A model generated the notes under the pieces. It had not been told where the DNA came from. It did not search any database and was given only the letters and a program-made list of their open reading frames with translations. Positions 1 to 13,273 of a stretch of DNA of 64,000 bases are shown here, one piece after another. The position numbers and the translations under genes were made by a program. Source of the stretch: Octopus vulgaris (lineage: Eukaryota); the NCBI GenBank assembly GCA_951406725.2, contig OX597824.1, positions 13,268,001 to 13,332,000 on the forward strand, read 5' to 3'. Each line of letters begins with the position of its first letter. Position 1 is the stretch's first letter.

Positions 1-1080
1 ACACTGGAGTCGATGTAATCGACTATTCTTCCCCTCTCCCAAATCTGAGGCCTTCTGCAGGTACATACGTTTTTCGGAAATTAAATTCATTTCTTGTTAT
101 TTCACCGATTACTGAGCAATAAGGAATGGCAAAATAAAGTATAAGGCATTAGTAAGCATGAATTTAATGAACATTGTGAAAATGAGTGCTTGTTCATGGC
201 GGGTCCTTCAGGATAACCATATAATGTGTGAATATAGTTCCTCACATAATAGAAGATATAGGTTTCAGTAGACACTACAAATTGTAACATCAGACTAAGA
301 CTAAAACTTGCACTTCAGTAAGAGTTACAAAAGTATTTGCAGTTAAATAAGGAAAGGAACCAAATCACATATCTTGAAAGGCATTGCTAAATTCTGGTAT
401 CCAACCGATCATCTTTTGATGTTGTTTTAGCATTGGTAAAGAGTAACGATCATACATTTGGCTGGCCTGTGTATTACATGTGATACACAGAAACTACTTC
501 CCTGGCGTCCATACATCGTATATGATACACATTCCCAGTTTGTTTCAGCGTATCGTAGAACTTATAAAAGGGAAGTTTTATATTTCTCAGTATGTAGGAA
601 ACAAGGACAAACTTAAAGTTTGAAAACAAGCAAAGATGTTAAGGACAAACTTATGAAAATGCTTTGGATAGGCAAACACCAGAAAAATTAAAACAAATTT
701 ATTTTTGTGCAAGTTAGTTAAAGAAGTCACAGTTGCACTGAAATTTCCTAGAGTTTTACAGTATCGTGCAAAAGTCTTCGGCCACTTTAAGCTATTGTAA
801 ATTTCTATTAAATGCCAACTTATAAGTGGCTGTTTCGCATTGCATTTTTTCACAGATGAAATATTGGTCTTGTTGGAGTCATTTCCATACCTAATCATTA
901 TATTTCGTAGTAGTGGTTCTGAACGAGAGGGGAAGATGCGAGACGACTACCAAATATGGCCGTGCAAAAGTATTCAGCCATCTCATATAAAACAATCAAG
1001 ATACAGGATTTTAAAAGAGAAAAATATCTATAATGAAAATTTATAACATAATGTTCATTTCAAGAAGTTACTGTATATTG

Positions 1081-1640
1081 TTAATATTTTGTGTGGCTTT
1101 CCTTGGCTTGAATAATTGCTTCAATGCATCTGGGAAGAGATGCATACAAATCCTTCACTATTTTCACAGGTATGAAATGTCATTCTCTGTGGCTGAGCTC
1201 CCACAACTCTTCAAGATTGCGTGGATTCTTCTGATGAACTCTTCTCTTTAGTTCTGTCCACATTTGCTCGATGATATTTAAGTCAGGGCTCTGAGATGGT
1301 CAATCTTTCAATACGGTAACACCTTCATCAACCAGATTTTGTTGTATTGCACGCGATCTGTGGCACGGAGCTCCTACATGCTGAAAAATCTCACCTTCAT
1401 CCAAGTCTAGCATCAAATTGTCCCTCAGCAACTGGATGTATTTAGCACTATTCAAGTTATTGTCAGTTTTAATAAACTTTCTTGAGCCATTACTTTTTAT
1501 GTATCCACAAACCATCAGACTCTTACCGCCAAACGTCGCTGTTTTCATCGTGTAAAATGGGTCGTTTCGCTTTCCTGGAGGCCTTCTGACAAATTTTCGT
1601 TTATTAGAAAGCGAAATGTCGTATACTTAATTATCTCCGA
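1081..1640 (-). mobile_element. Tc1-family transposase remnant (DDE domain, C-terminal part)
   Basis: Minus-strand translation gives KTATFGGKSLMVCGYI...KYIQLL...IFQHVGAPCHRS, then (W)[14 protein letters not shown], and ends GSHTKY*. These are Tc1 motifs, broken by stops and frameshifts. Confidence 0.88.
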
Positions 1641-1807
1641 AACTGTCTTGCAGAAATCAGAAAGACGGGGTACTCCTGCTTTAGAAGGGGTTGTGAGCAT
1701 GAAGATAGGGACAATGGATAGGTTGTAAAAAAGGACACTGACAAGATAGTTTTTACTACTTATACATTATTTGAATTATTTGAAAGCTAACTTTAACATA
1801 ACGACTG

Positions 1808-1971
1808 TTGGCTGTTTACCAACCACATGGTTCCGGGTTCATTCCCACTGCGTGGCAACTTGAGTAGGTGTCTTCTATTCTATTCTCGGGCCGACCAAAC
1901 CCTTGTGTGTATATTTGGTAGACAGAAACTGAAAGAAACCCGTCATATATATGTATGTATATATATGTACG

Positions 1972-2013
<42 letters not shown>

Positions 2014-2195
2014 GGGGGGGGTGTATGTATGTGTATATGTTTGTGTATCTGTGTTTGTGTGTTTGTCCCCTCAACATTGCTTGACAACCGATGCTGGTGT
2101 GTTTAGGTCTCTGTAACTTAGCGGTTCGACAAAAGAGACCGATATAATATATACTAGGCTTCCAAAGAATAAGTCCAGGGGTCGATGTAATCGAC
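1808..2195 (+). mobile_element. tRNA-derived SINE family A (head tggctgtgtggtaag...ggttccgggttca; internal TA/TG microsatellite)
   Basis: Matches the copies at 22296, 24329, 26931, 33566 and 40610. Has a B-box-like gggttcattcc and an internal (TA)n(TG)n tract. Confidence 0.8.
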
Positions 2196-2480
2196 TTAAT
2201 CCCCTTGTTTGCCTTTGTTTGTCCCCTCTGTGTTTAGCCCCTTGTGGGCAATAAAGAAATAAGAATCATTAGCACGCCGGGTGAAATGCTTAACGGTATT
2301 TCGTCTGCCGCTACGTTCTGAGTTCAAATTTCGCCGAGGTCGACTTTGCCTTTCATCCTTTCGGGGTCGATAAATTAAGTACCAGTTACACACTGGGGTT
2401 GATGTAATCGACTTAATCCCTTTGTCTGTCCTTGTTTGTCCTCCTCTATGTTTAGCCCCTTGTGGGCAATAAAGAAATAT
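2196..2480 (+). mobile_element. SINE family B (Meta-domain-like core), partial dimer
   Basis: Core gcctttcatcctttcggggtcgataaattaagtacc and tail ttagccccttgtgggcaataaagaaata. A tail fragment precedes a near-full unit. Confidence 0.8.
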
Positions 2481-2867
2481 ATATATAATAACGAAATCCG
2501 GGCATTTACAAAATTTGATTTTAGCACGATATATTAACATTACACTCCGTTAATGAATGCAGTGACCTATAACTACGTATGTCACCTAATTGAAACAGAA
2601 TGGATTGATTAGGTGAGAGTTACATATCTCCAATCTCATTGCTTGTTTACATGTGACGTCTCGACACGAAGCGTTGTAGCAAAAAATCCGTGCTGTCCAT
2701 AGTTTCAATAGAATATCTGTAGAGACAACCTTCAATATTACATATCTTGGTCTCTTCGTGATGACATAAGTGGGCAGGGCAAAAGTCATCGACCAAACGT
2801 CAGGATATAGTCTGAAACCTTATCGATTCGCCCGTCATCAATATTATTTTTCGATGCAGTCAATAGT

Positions 2868-3069
2868 TACTACCACCACCACCACCGCCACCGCCACCAC
2901 CACCACCACCACCGCCGCCACCGCCACCACCACCACCACCGCCGCCACCGCCGCCACCGCCACCACCACCACCACCGCCACCACCGCCACCACCGCTACC
3001 ACCACCACCACCACCGCTACCACCACCACCGCCACCACCACCGCCACCACCACCACCACCACCACCACC
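2868..3069. repeat. (ACC/GCC)n trinucleotide microsatellite
   Basis: Direct inspection. Confidence 0.95.
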
Positions 3070-3208
3070 TCTACATCGCTCTTAATCCATCAATACGTTA
3101 ACCCACTTCAAAATGCGTGGATGCGTTCCTTGCACACAATACGAGACTTCACACCGTTTAATCTCTCTCTGATGCAATAATGAACATAATAATAACAATA
3201 ATAATAAC

Positions 3209-3241
<33 letters not shown>

Positions 3242-3932
3242 TATAAAAATTACCCCTTCGAACAGTAGAACGACATGCCACCAATAATTTTAAGAACACT
3301 TCTTTCAAATCACTTATACTTCACATGATTTCTTTTTCTTTTATGAATAATATTCCTTTCTCACGTCAGATTAAACTATAGATTACAGCCTGGAAATTAT
3401 ACACGCTTCTACTCTATAATTTATATACACTGCAGCCCCAATAACTTATAATTAAATTTTGTTTCTCACTGAAATTATGCAGCCATTATAATTATTAGCA
3501 ATAATTTAATAATGAGTTATGAAGTTATTCATTTCAGTATCATATATTTTAAAGGTAAATTGTCACTGCAATAGTAATAGGAGCAGCAGCAGCAGTAAAA
3601 GCAGTTGTATGAGCCGTAGTAGTAGTCAGAGTATTAATAGCTGTAGTATATTTGTGATTTGGGAAATATTGGTTTCAAATTTTAACACAAGGCCAGCAGT
3701 TGTTGGGTGTGTGTAAAAGTCAATTACATCGACCCCCCCCCCCGTACACATATGGTACTTATTTTTCGACACCGAAAGGATGAAAGTGCAACTCGAGCCC
3801 GGCAGCATTTGAACTCAGAATGTAAAGTCGGAAGACATGTCGCTAAGCAATCTTTTTTTTTTCCGGTGCCGTAACGATTCAGACAGTTCGTCGCCATTTT
3901 GATCAGAGAAATATTAAGTAAATAATAGAAAT

Positions 3933-3983
<51 letters not shown>

Positions 3984-3997
3984 ATAGTAGCAGCAGT

Positions 3998-4052
<55 letters not shown>
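3933..4052. repeat. (TAG/CAG)n microsatellite
   Basis: Direct inspection. Confidence 0.95.
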
Positions 4053-4320
4053 AATATAACATTTATTTTTCAATATAAGCACAAAAACTGCATATTTGCT
4101 GGTGAAGGCGTGCGTAAGATAAAATCGCTCCAGTATATAACAGGGATTTTATTTATTATTCTGTATTTAGTGGTTAGGTTGCGTAGTGTGGTGGGGTGGA
4201 TAGGTGTTATCGCATTCATGTTTTCTGTTGAAGCTCGGTACTAGAAGATAAGTCGAATTTACCGATATTAGAAAGCAGACAAGAAATGCCGGGTTATAAC
4301 TGTTATTATCATTAACAAAA

Positions 4321-4864
4321 ACTTACGGCCATATCACGTTGAAAGTACCGGTTCTGGATCTTTTCGGTTTGAACAGCAGTTTTTTCTAGCGGTGTCACCC
4401 ATAATTATGACCCTAGAATCGATCTATTGCATTTCAATCTATTTTCGGGTTAGGGTTAGTTACGGTTAGAGTTAGGGTCAGGGGTGGGGGAAGGGTATCT
4501 TTTTTTTCTTCACAAATGTAAATAGACCAAATCTGTTTCTTAAACGAGGGACATATTCATACGGCACAGAATACACGTCACTGATTGGTTGAACTTGCAG
4601 AAATTGAAGAAAAAAACAACAACAAATACCTTACAAACTATAGAATTTTCTCAATAAAGCCAAAAGAAAAAAGATGTTTTATAAACACATTCTACCAGTA
4701 TACGAAATTTAAATTTTTTTAGTTACCTAGAAATTATGTTAAAAACTGCCGTTCAAACCAAAAAAATCCCCGGTTCTCGTCCGATCACCGAAGTTAAGCA
4801 AAGTCGAGCCTAGTTAGTACTTAGATGGGTGACCGCCTGGGAAACCTAGATGCTGTAAACGTCT
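4321..4864 (+). pseudogene. 5S rRNA pseudogene split by a MITE
   Basis: 4321-4355 (acttacggccatatcacgttgaaagtaccggttct) plus 4778-4862 (cgtccgatcaccgaagttaagc...ttagtacttagatgggtgaccgcctggga...tgctgtaaac) rebuild a ~120-nt metazoan 5S with A and C boxes. Confidence 0.92.
4356..4769. mobile_element. MITE with GGATC-start TIRs and an 8-bp TSD (Merlin-like)
   Basis: TIRs ggatcttttcggtttgaacagcagttttt / aaaaactgccgttcaaaccaaaaaaatcc. Exact TSD ccggttct at 4348-4355 and 4770-4777. Internal degenerate TTAGGG repeats. Confidence 0.9.
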
Positions 4865-4867
4865 TTA

Positions 4868-5080
4868 GGCGCAGGAGTGGCTGTGTGGTAAGCAGCTTAC
4901 TTACCAACCACATGGTTCTGGGTTTAGTCCAGTTTTTTACCAGCACCCAGTGGTTCGGCAAATGATATAACTCCCAGACTTGACATAAAATAAAACATGC
5001 TGGGGCCAATTTGCTTGATTAAACCATCCAAGGTGGTGCCACAGCGGGATCGCAGTCCAGTGAGCGACACAAGTATAACA
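4868..5080 (+). mobile_element. SINE family A, internally deleted and diverged
   Basis: Head ggcgcaggagtggctgtgtggtaag followed by a degenerate family-A tail. Confidence 0.7.
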
Positions 5081-5627
5081 TATAAGAGAATTATTAGCGT
5101 GTGTTGCAATAGAAGCGCTAACAGCTCAGCTCTGCTTCCCTTTGTATCGCATTTCCTGTATTTGAGTATCTTTTATCTCGGTATTCGTGAAAGAGTTTCG
5201 ATTGAAAAGATATAAACTATTGCCAATGACATTATGATGGCCTATGACGTCAATGATATGACATGCTTACCTCCGGGATTCGTTATACTGTTCATGAAAT
5301 GCTCACTTGGGAATAATGCATTTTACGCAGCGCATTCCATGCATGTATCGGTTTATTTTCTCAGTCATAAAGGCCGTGTGTTTTAGAATATACACATGCA
5401 CATGTACAGACACATGCACACATACACATGCACACACGCACATGCTTAAACTCACACACGCTCTCACATGCATACGCACACCCATACGTATGACGTAAGC
5501 CATGGGGCCTCAATTCGTAAGGGAGTCTTGAGGTGTTACTCCAATATACAGCACATATTGAACTAGTTAGATCTGGCCAAGCCTATCGCACCCCAATATC
5601 TGATCACAGCTGGTTTCCTTGAAAAGT

Positions 5628-5663
<36 letters not shown>

Positions 5664-6003
5664 AGCGAGAGAAAGACAGACAGACAAAGAGAAAGAGAGA
5701 GGGCGAGAAAGAGAAAAACAAAGAAGAAGAGATGAAGTTCATCGTGTTAATGCAATTCCCTAAAGTCATTAAAGTGTAAAAGAAAAGTGAAATAACTTAA
5801 ACCAACGATTGTAACAGTTCTGCTTTAAAGAACTTGTCTTTTATGAATTTATTGCTTTCTAAATAATATTAGCACAAATTCATATATGGTTTTAGCGAAG
5901 CGTATATAGAGTTCATCCTGGCATTTTACAAATACTTTATCTTTATTAACGATGAATGTTCTGGACAGGACCAGAACTTATAACGTAAAAGCCTATCTCC
6001 AAA

Positions 6004-6330
6004 TTGGAGCACTCCGTCGGTTACGACGACGAGAGTCCCAGCTGATCCGATCAACGGAACAGCTTGCTCGTGAAATTAACGTGCAAAGGGCTGAGCATTC
6101 CACAGACACGTGTACCCTTAATGTAGTTCTCGAGGAGATTCAGCGTGACACAGAGTGTGACAAGGCTGGCCCTTTGAAATACAGGTACAACTCATTTTTG
6201 CCAGCTGAGTGGACTGGAGCAACGTGAAATAAAGTGTCTTGCTCAAGGACAGAACGCGTCGCCGGGAATCGAACTCACAACCTTACGATCATGAGCCGAA
6301 TGCCCTAACCACTAAGCCATGCGCCCTCAC
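6004..6330 (-). mobile_element. tRNA-derived SINE family C (head type 1, tail X)
   Basis: Minus head ggcgcatggcttagtggttagggcattcggctcatgatcgtaaggttgtgagttcgattccc. The tail is shared with the copies at 28704 and 48782. Confidence 0.85.
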
Positions 6331-6650
6331 CTATCTCCAAATACAACATAGCGAACCAACAACAGGGACCGCTTATTCGTCTGCACTATCTTTCAGAAAT
6401 TGCAGTCAGGTCTCTTTCGATTATTGTGTTCAAATTTTGGAATGAGGCTAGGAATTTTGGGGGATGGGATAAGACGGTTGCTTCGACCCCAGTTCTTCAG
6501 TGGTACGTATCTTGTCGAGTCCGAAAGGATAAAAGGCAAAGTTGACCTCGGCAGATTTTGAACGTAAAGAAGGATGGAATGCAGCTTGGCATTTCACCCG
6601 ACGTGCTAACGATTCTGCTAGCTCGCTGAATTAAATCTCCGGCAAATATT

Positions 6651-7238
6651 CTTTTCTACTCTAGGCATAAGGCCTAAAATTTTGGAAGAGGGGGGGAGGC
6701 AGTCGATTATGTCGCCTCCGGTACGCAACTGGTACTTAATTTATCGACCCCCAAATGATGAAAGGCAAAGTCAACCTCGACAGAATTTGAACTCAGACGT
6801 AAAAACAGACGAAATACCTATTTCTTTACTACCCACAAGGAAATAAACACAGAGAGGACAAGCAAGGACAGACAAACGGATTAAGTCGATTATATCGACC
6901 CCAGTGCGTAACTGGTACTTATTTAATCGACCCCGAAAGGATGAAAGGCAAAGTCGACCTCGGCGGAATTTGAACTCAGAACGTAGTGGCAGATGAAATA
7001 CCTATTTCTTTACTACCCACAAGGGGCTACACAGAGAGAGGAGAAACAAGGACAGACAAACGGATTAAGTCGATTATATCGACCCCAGTGCGTAACTGGT
7101 ACTTATTTAATCGACTCCAAAAGGATGAAAGGCAAAGTCGACCTCGGCGGAATTTGAACTCAGAACGTAACTGCATATGAAATACCGCAAAGCATTTCGC
7201 CCGCCATGCTAATGTTTCTGGCAGCAGTTCGCTACCTT
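6651..7238 (-). mobile_element. SINE family B trimer
   Basis: Three tandem cores behind one head. Imperfect TSD aaatctccggcaaatatt (6633-6650) / aaatttccgccaaatatt (7239-7256). An older diverged family-B copy lies at ~6425-6630. Confidence 0.85.
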
Positions 7239-7377
7239 AAATTTCCGCCAAATATTGCCCAAGTGGATATGGTCTCATATTCATCATGTCTAACTATAAC
7301 TTTAGCTCTTATTTCTAGCATGTGCTATTGTGGAACAAGCTAAAACGCTAGTTCTAAAATCTCTCGAAGAGATGATT

Positions 7378-7651
7378 GCAGTAGTTGTACCAGCAAGTAA
7401 TATTCGTAGCCACTTCAACATGGCTGTTCCGTTCGAGCGGACTCTACGCGAGTTATTAACCTGAAAAGAACATCTTCTCTAGCTGGTTAACGATGCGCAG
7501 CTGCTTCAGATATATTGCGAACAAGGGAACGAACCCCTACCACCTTCTAGCAACGGGACCAATATATCAGCATGGTTTCGGGCTATTTCTGTTCGAACCG
7601 AACAGCCATGTTGACGTGGCTACGAATATCACTTGCTAGTACAACAACTGC
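7378..7651. mobile_element. MITE-like element with ~63-bp terminal inverted repeats
   Basis: gcagtagttgtaccagcaagtaatattcgtagccacttcaacatggctgttc is mirrored at 7590-7651. No clear TSD. Confidence 0.75.
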
Positions 7652-7654
7652 CAA

Positions 7655-7960
7655 AGGATCTTTCTTGCATGTCGTCTTTTGTATTCGCGTTGTGCCAATT
7701 CCGGGAATTCACTGAAGCGTTTCACAACTCTCACTACAGATTCTGCATTTGTCGCTGTCTGTAGTGTTGCCTATTCTGCACTTCACAGTTGATCCTTAAC
7801 TCTCCTTCTTGAGCTGCGCATATGAGCGTTTCTGCCTCTATCTTAGGTTCAATGCTCTTCATCCATAGCATCGGTCCTCTGCATCTGTCATGGCGTTTAC
7901 ATCTCTTGCAAACTGACCATACATTTTTTTTTTACCTTCCATGCTTTTTCATTTTTTGTG
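7655..7960 (-). mobile_element. R4/Dong-clade non-LTR retrotransposon fragment (region before the zinc knuckle)
   Basis: Minus translation LWMKS...AETLICAAQEGELRIN resembles the R4/Dong motif W.W...LK.ETE.LI.AAQEQAL.T. Degraded. Confidence 0.65.
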
Positions 7961-8075
7961 TTCATTTCTTCTTTAAATTTTTCGTTCATTACACATATTT
8001 CAATTTTAATGACACTGGTCTTCTACGTATGTTTCAACAATGGGTCCACGGCCTTTTCTTCTTTCTTTCGGTTTG

Positions 8076-8131
<56 letters not shown>

Positions 8132-8148
8132 TTCTTCTTCTTCTTCTT

Positions 8149-8425
<277 letters not shown>

Positions 8426-8519
8426 TAGAAAAGGAAGACGGAGGAAGAAAATCGCCAACGATTCCCATGTGGTAACATTTTGATATATATGTGATATATA
8501 TATATGTATGTATATATTA

Positions 8520-8827
8520 ATAATAAATATTAGGGAATAAATCCAAACTTACAGGGAAAAATCAGATTTAGGATTGAATTCAATTTTATAGTAAAATATT
8601 ATATTATATTAAATTAGAGACAAAACCACTATTAGGCAATGATGAATGACTGCGACTCAAAAATTTGAAGACAGCAGGCATGAAACGATCGTAGTGGGAT
8701 ATTAATTATATTTTTTAATAATTTTGTTACATATTTAAATAATATAAATTAATCATATGTGTTGGCTTAAGTTTTTCATTGTTTGATTTGCCTAATAGTG
8801 GTTTTGTCTCTAATTTAATATAATATG
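8520..8827. mobile_element. Short PLE-type fold-back module in (TA)n with a degenerate HHR-like motif
   Basis: 8603-8639 is the reverse complement of 8788-8827. ttgaaga..gaaacgatcgta at 8665-8693 has a palindromic stem III. Confidence 0.5.
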
Positions 8828-8843
8828 TATGTATATATATATA

Positions 8844-9690
8844 CTAGCAGAATTGCCCGGCGTTGCTCGGGGCTGAATTGCTTGAAAGTACTGTTAATGA
8901 TTGCACTGAATTATGATGATTATTCAGGCAAATATTGATATAAGTTTACGCTGGGAGATAAGGACTTAACGATCAAACGTGTGCCATTGCATTGTTTTGG
9001 GGGAACCAAATTTCTGATGAGCATTATAGGGGCACCAACTTTAAGTTTGAGAAAGTGTGGTGGTAGTCCGGGGTGCTCAAAGGAATTGAGTACCTCTATT
9101 GGATAGTTGATGACGTACTGTGGGTCAGGAGTTGTATTGATAGACTGATATACATAGACTTCCCCAGGAATGAGTTTTAGCATTTCATCATTAATATGGT
9201 GAACAGTTTTATTCCTCGGGGCCAGTATAGCCTTTTGGCCAATCCAATCCATATTCTGATAATTAGCTTGTAGATCTTGGAACACTGCATCTCTGAGATC
9301 AGAAGGCGTCTTAACAATGGTACAAATGGAATCGATGGCAATATTACCATTTTCATCCCCTGGTATTTTGCCTTCGCCAAGTGCAAGGAGGGTGTGAGGA
9401 AATGCTGCTGATGTGATATTACGTCGCATATGAGCACGCATATTGGTGTGAAGTTTGAGAGTTACTTCCCTTTATTTAAAAAAATATGCATTAAAATGGG
9501 AGAAAATGATGGTAAATTATTTGTAAAATCGTAGACTCATCGTAGACGCGCGCTAATACCCAGAAGGGCTCGATATGAATCACGACTATAAGATACTCGG
9601 TTTTGGTTAAACTGCATCGCAAAATGTGGGAGTAGTTAGGAATCTAAATCGGAGTAGACAGACACACAACCTTTCTTTTATATATAAAGA
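8844..9690 (-). mobile_element. Helitron deletion derivative carrying a PIF1 helicase fragment
   Basis: 5' TC and 3' CTAG ends at an A|T target, with 3' hairpin ccgagcaacgccgggc. ORF 8920-9441 contains AILAPRN...GLPPHFLKLKVGAPIMLIRNL....CNGTRLIV (Helitron PIF1 helicase). Confidence 0.93.
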
Positions 9691-9691
9691 T

Positions 9692-9996
9692 TTTCGTCCG
9701 TCCTAAAAAGCTTTGTGCGGAGTGAATGGTTACCTCTATGGAAATATATACAGACACATTATACATACATGTGTGTATAGATGAATATATAAATACATTT
9801 AAATATCTATATACACTTTTGGGCGATCTTTCTGCTACTTGGATATACTTTAGATCTTATATTCGTCCAATTCGTCCTAAATACCTTTGTATGGAGTGAA
9901 TGGTTATCTCTATGGAAATATATACGCACACATTATACGTACATGTGTGTGTCTATATACACTTTTGGGCGACTGCTACTTAGAGATAACTTTAGA
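9692..9996. repeat. Imperfect local tandem duplication (~170-bp unit)
   Basis: ttcgtcc...ggagtgaatggtta.ctctatggaaatatatac...tatatacacttttgggcga...ctgctactt occurs twice. Confidence 0.8.
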
Positions 9997-10007
9997 TGTT
10001 AGGTGAT

Positions 10008-10096
10008 CTAGCAAAAAGGATGACCAGCTTGACTTGCTCATCCCTGTCACATACTCACACACACGCACACACACACGCAGACACACACGCACACAG

Positions 10097-10143
<47 letters not shown>

Positions 10144-10783
10144 CGTTAGCTTACAATTTTATTTATATATTTGCGTGTCTATGTGTGTAAAGAGGAAGTG
10201 GGAGTAATATGCAGAGTGAAATGGTAAAATATTTAGTTTTCTCGAATTTTTCCTGAAATGGGGTGAAATTGAAAGAAATTTTGTATGCCATGACCGAATG
10301 AAAGTACTTTGAAAAATCATAGGTAAACTCTAATTGAAGAAATTGTGTTTTTAGTAAATCGTTATGTATTTATTTGTTTCTGTTTGCTGTGTTGTTTTTT
10401 TTTGAGTAGTGGTTTAAGGTACACTTCTCTCGTTTTATATAAATACTTTCATTTTAAAATCGTTGCACACTTGCAAAGAGAAAGGAGGAGAAATTAGGGT
10501 GATAGCATCAGTGAAGCAGTTCGCTCCGTTTGTGTGTGTGTGCGTGTGTGTGTGCTGTGTGTGTGCTGTAGCCCACACTAAGAAAAGCACTTCACTTACA
10601 CACCACAATGTGAGTTTTCTCTAAATTTTGCTTAATTGGGGTTGAAATTTGAAAAACTGGACCTGGCACGACCCGATGCATTCTACTCTTAAAAATGCTA
10701 GGTAAATTGTAATTGAAGAAATCCTATATTGTAGATTTCTATAAGAGACAAAGGGAGGCAGATAAAATCTGCCTTTTATAATA

Positions 10784-10786
<3 letters not shown>
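10008..10786 (-). mobile_element. Non-autonomous Helitron, family 2
   Basis: Minus strand starts TCTTATTATAAAAGGCAG and ends CTAG, with imperfect hairpin ggatga...tcatcc near the end. About 590 bp is repeated at 11985-12578. Confidence 0.65.
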
Positions 10787-10818
<32 letters not shown>

Positions 10819-10820
10819 CA

Positions 10821-11219
10821 CTAGCAGTATCGCCCGGCGTTGCTCGGGTTTGTAAAGGAAATAACTATATAAGCATTTTTAGAGAGTTATAGCCAAAAAA
10901 TAGGAAAAAACTGCATTAAAAATGGAAAAAAAATTACGGTAAATTTTACTTTTAAATCGTTGACACATCGTAGATATTTTCAGAGAATTACTTCCCTTAT
11001 ATAATAGCGAAAAAAATGCATTAAAATGGAAAAATATGATGGTAAATTTTTTTTAAATCGTAGACTCATCGTAGATGCGCGCTAATACCCAGAAGGGCTC
11101 GATATGAATCACGACTATAAGATACCCGCTTTTGGTTAAACTGCACCGCAAAATGTGGGAGTAGTTACGAATCTAAATCGTTGGAGACAGACACACAACT
11201 TCACTTTTATATATAAAGA
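10821..11219 (-). mobile_element. Non-autonomous Helitron, family 1
   Basis: TC...CTAG termini, A|T target and 3' hairpin. Same family as 8844, 15284, 35389 and 37318. Confidence 0.9.
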
Positions 11220-11984
11220 TATAAGCCACGTAGTTATATACACATACTTTGTTATATACACATTCTTAAAAGAAAATGTTATTTTGAACACAACATTTAT
11301 AAAGAATAAAATATGTTTTGGTTTTTCTTTTAAACGGATGCATACATTTATTAATAACTATATATAAGTGTCGTCTGTTTATACATAAACACTGTTTCAT
11401 ACTGCGATTATATATACATATATCTATATATAATATTATATAATAAAATATATACAGAATATGTGTATATATTTATGTATGTATAAATATATACTGAAAG
11501 AAGCTCGGCTCGCCAATTAATACTACCAAAATTTAACGACAGAAAGTAAATTAAAAACCAATTTACCTTTTCTGTATTGTTATGGCAATTCGACCGTCGG
11601 TGTGTTTTTGCAAATGTGTTCGAATGAGAAGTGCGTTGTGTTTGGCGCCTTTTTTACTAATAACAAACACACACGTGTTTGTATGTAGTTGTTTGAAACG
11701 TTTGTGTTTGTCACTGTCATATATGTATGTGTATGCGTGTGAGGAATGGCAAACCAGATAGATAGCGCGCGAATTTCTTTTGAAGTTCGCGCTCCGCTGG
11801 TGTGTGTGTGTGTGTGTGCGTGCTTTAGGTGTACGTAGGTATGTGTACTCTCTCTGTCTCTTTACACACACTAACAAAAGCACTTCACTTACACAGCACA
11901 CTTTCTGTGTCGCACATCCCATCAAACACACACACACACACACACACACTCACGCACGCACGCACACATGTACATCAATGCTTT

Positions 11985-12578
11985 CGGAGTGAAATGTTAA
12001 AATATTGAGTTTTCTCGAATTTTGTCTTAATTGGGGGTGAAATTGAAAGAAATTTTGTATGGCATGACCGAATGGAAGTACTTTGAAAAATCATAGATAA
12101 ACTCTAATTGAAGAAATTGTGTGAGGAGTAAATCGTTATGTATTTATTTGTTTCTGTTTCCTAGGAGTAAATCGTTATGTATTTATTTGTTTCTGTTTGC
12201 TGGTTTTTTTTTGAGTAGTGGTTTAAGGTACACTTCTCTCGTTTTATAGAAATAGTTTCACTTTAATCGTTGCACACTTGCAAAGAGAAAGGAGTAGAAA
12301 TTAGGGTGATAGCGTGAGTGAAGCAGATCGCTCCGCTTTTGTGTGTGTGTGCGTGTGCTGTAGCCCACACTAAGAAAAGCACTTGACTTACACACCACAA
12401 TGTGAGTTTTCTCTAAATTTTGCTTAATTGGGGTTGAAATTTTAAAAACCGGACCTGGCACGACCCGATTTATTCTACTCTTAAAAATGCTAGGTAAATT
12501 GTAATTGAAGAAATCCTATATTGTAGATTTCTATAAGAGACAAAGGGAGGCAGATAAAATCTGCCTTTTATAATAAGA
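11985..12578 (-). mobile_element. Helitron family 2, second copy (left boundary uncertain)
   Basis: High identity to 10200-10786 including the TC-type 5' end. Internal ~37-bp duplication at ~12125-12200. Confidence 0.65.
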
Positions 12579-12579
12579 G

Positions 12580-12630
<51 letters not shown>

Positions 12631-12637
12631 ACATTTT

Positions 12638-12671
<34 letters not shown>

Positions 12672-13087
12672 TGTATATATATATATATATCGAAATTGCT
12701 AAGATGATCTGGTTCTTGACTGATGACTGAGGGCTTCGAATGTCCCGTCCTGTGGTTCTTGTGTCGTCTCTGTGGCGTTTCATGTTCTTGTCCATGTCTG
12801 TAATTATTTTTACTGTTTACCTATATATGTATATATATACATATGTATATGTATGTATACATTCATACATACATATAATTTTTTAACAAGAATAGTACTG
12901 ACAGTGACTTTGAAGTTTCTATCAGCTAAGCCATCATCGGTCAGCTTGATGATGGCTTCGCTAGCCGACTCTTCGAATGAATTTCCACTCCATCAAAGTT
13001 ATTGAGTAACCGTTCAACTTAATGGAAAATTGCTTTTATTATAACATAGAACAAAACATTAATATATACACGTATGTGTGCATCTGT

Positions 13088-13138
<51 letters not shown>

Positions 13139-13273
13139 TTGTATTTGTGCTCACTACCACTTAACAACTTGTGTTGGTCTCATTACATCACTGTAGCGTA
13201 ACGGTTCGCCAAAAGGAACCGATAGAATAAGTACCAGATTTTAAAGGAATATATACTGGGGTCAATTTGTTCG

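Noticed and set aside
100-1030. Possible decayed DNA-transposase sequence (also ~18570-18870, ~35230-35350, ~47280-47420)
   Set aside because: Motif resemblance is too weak to assign without a profile search.
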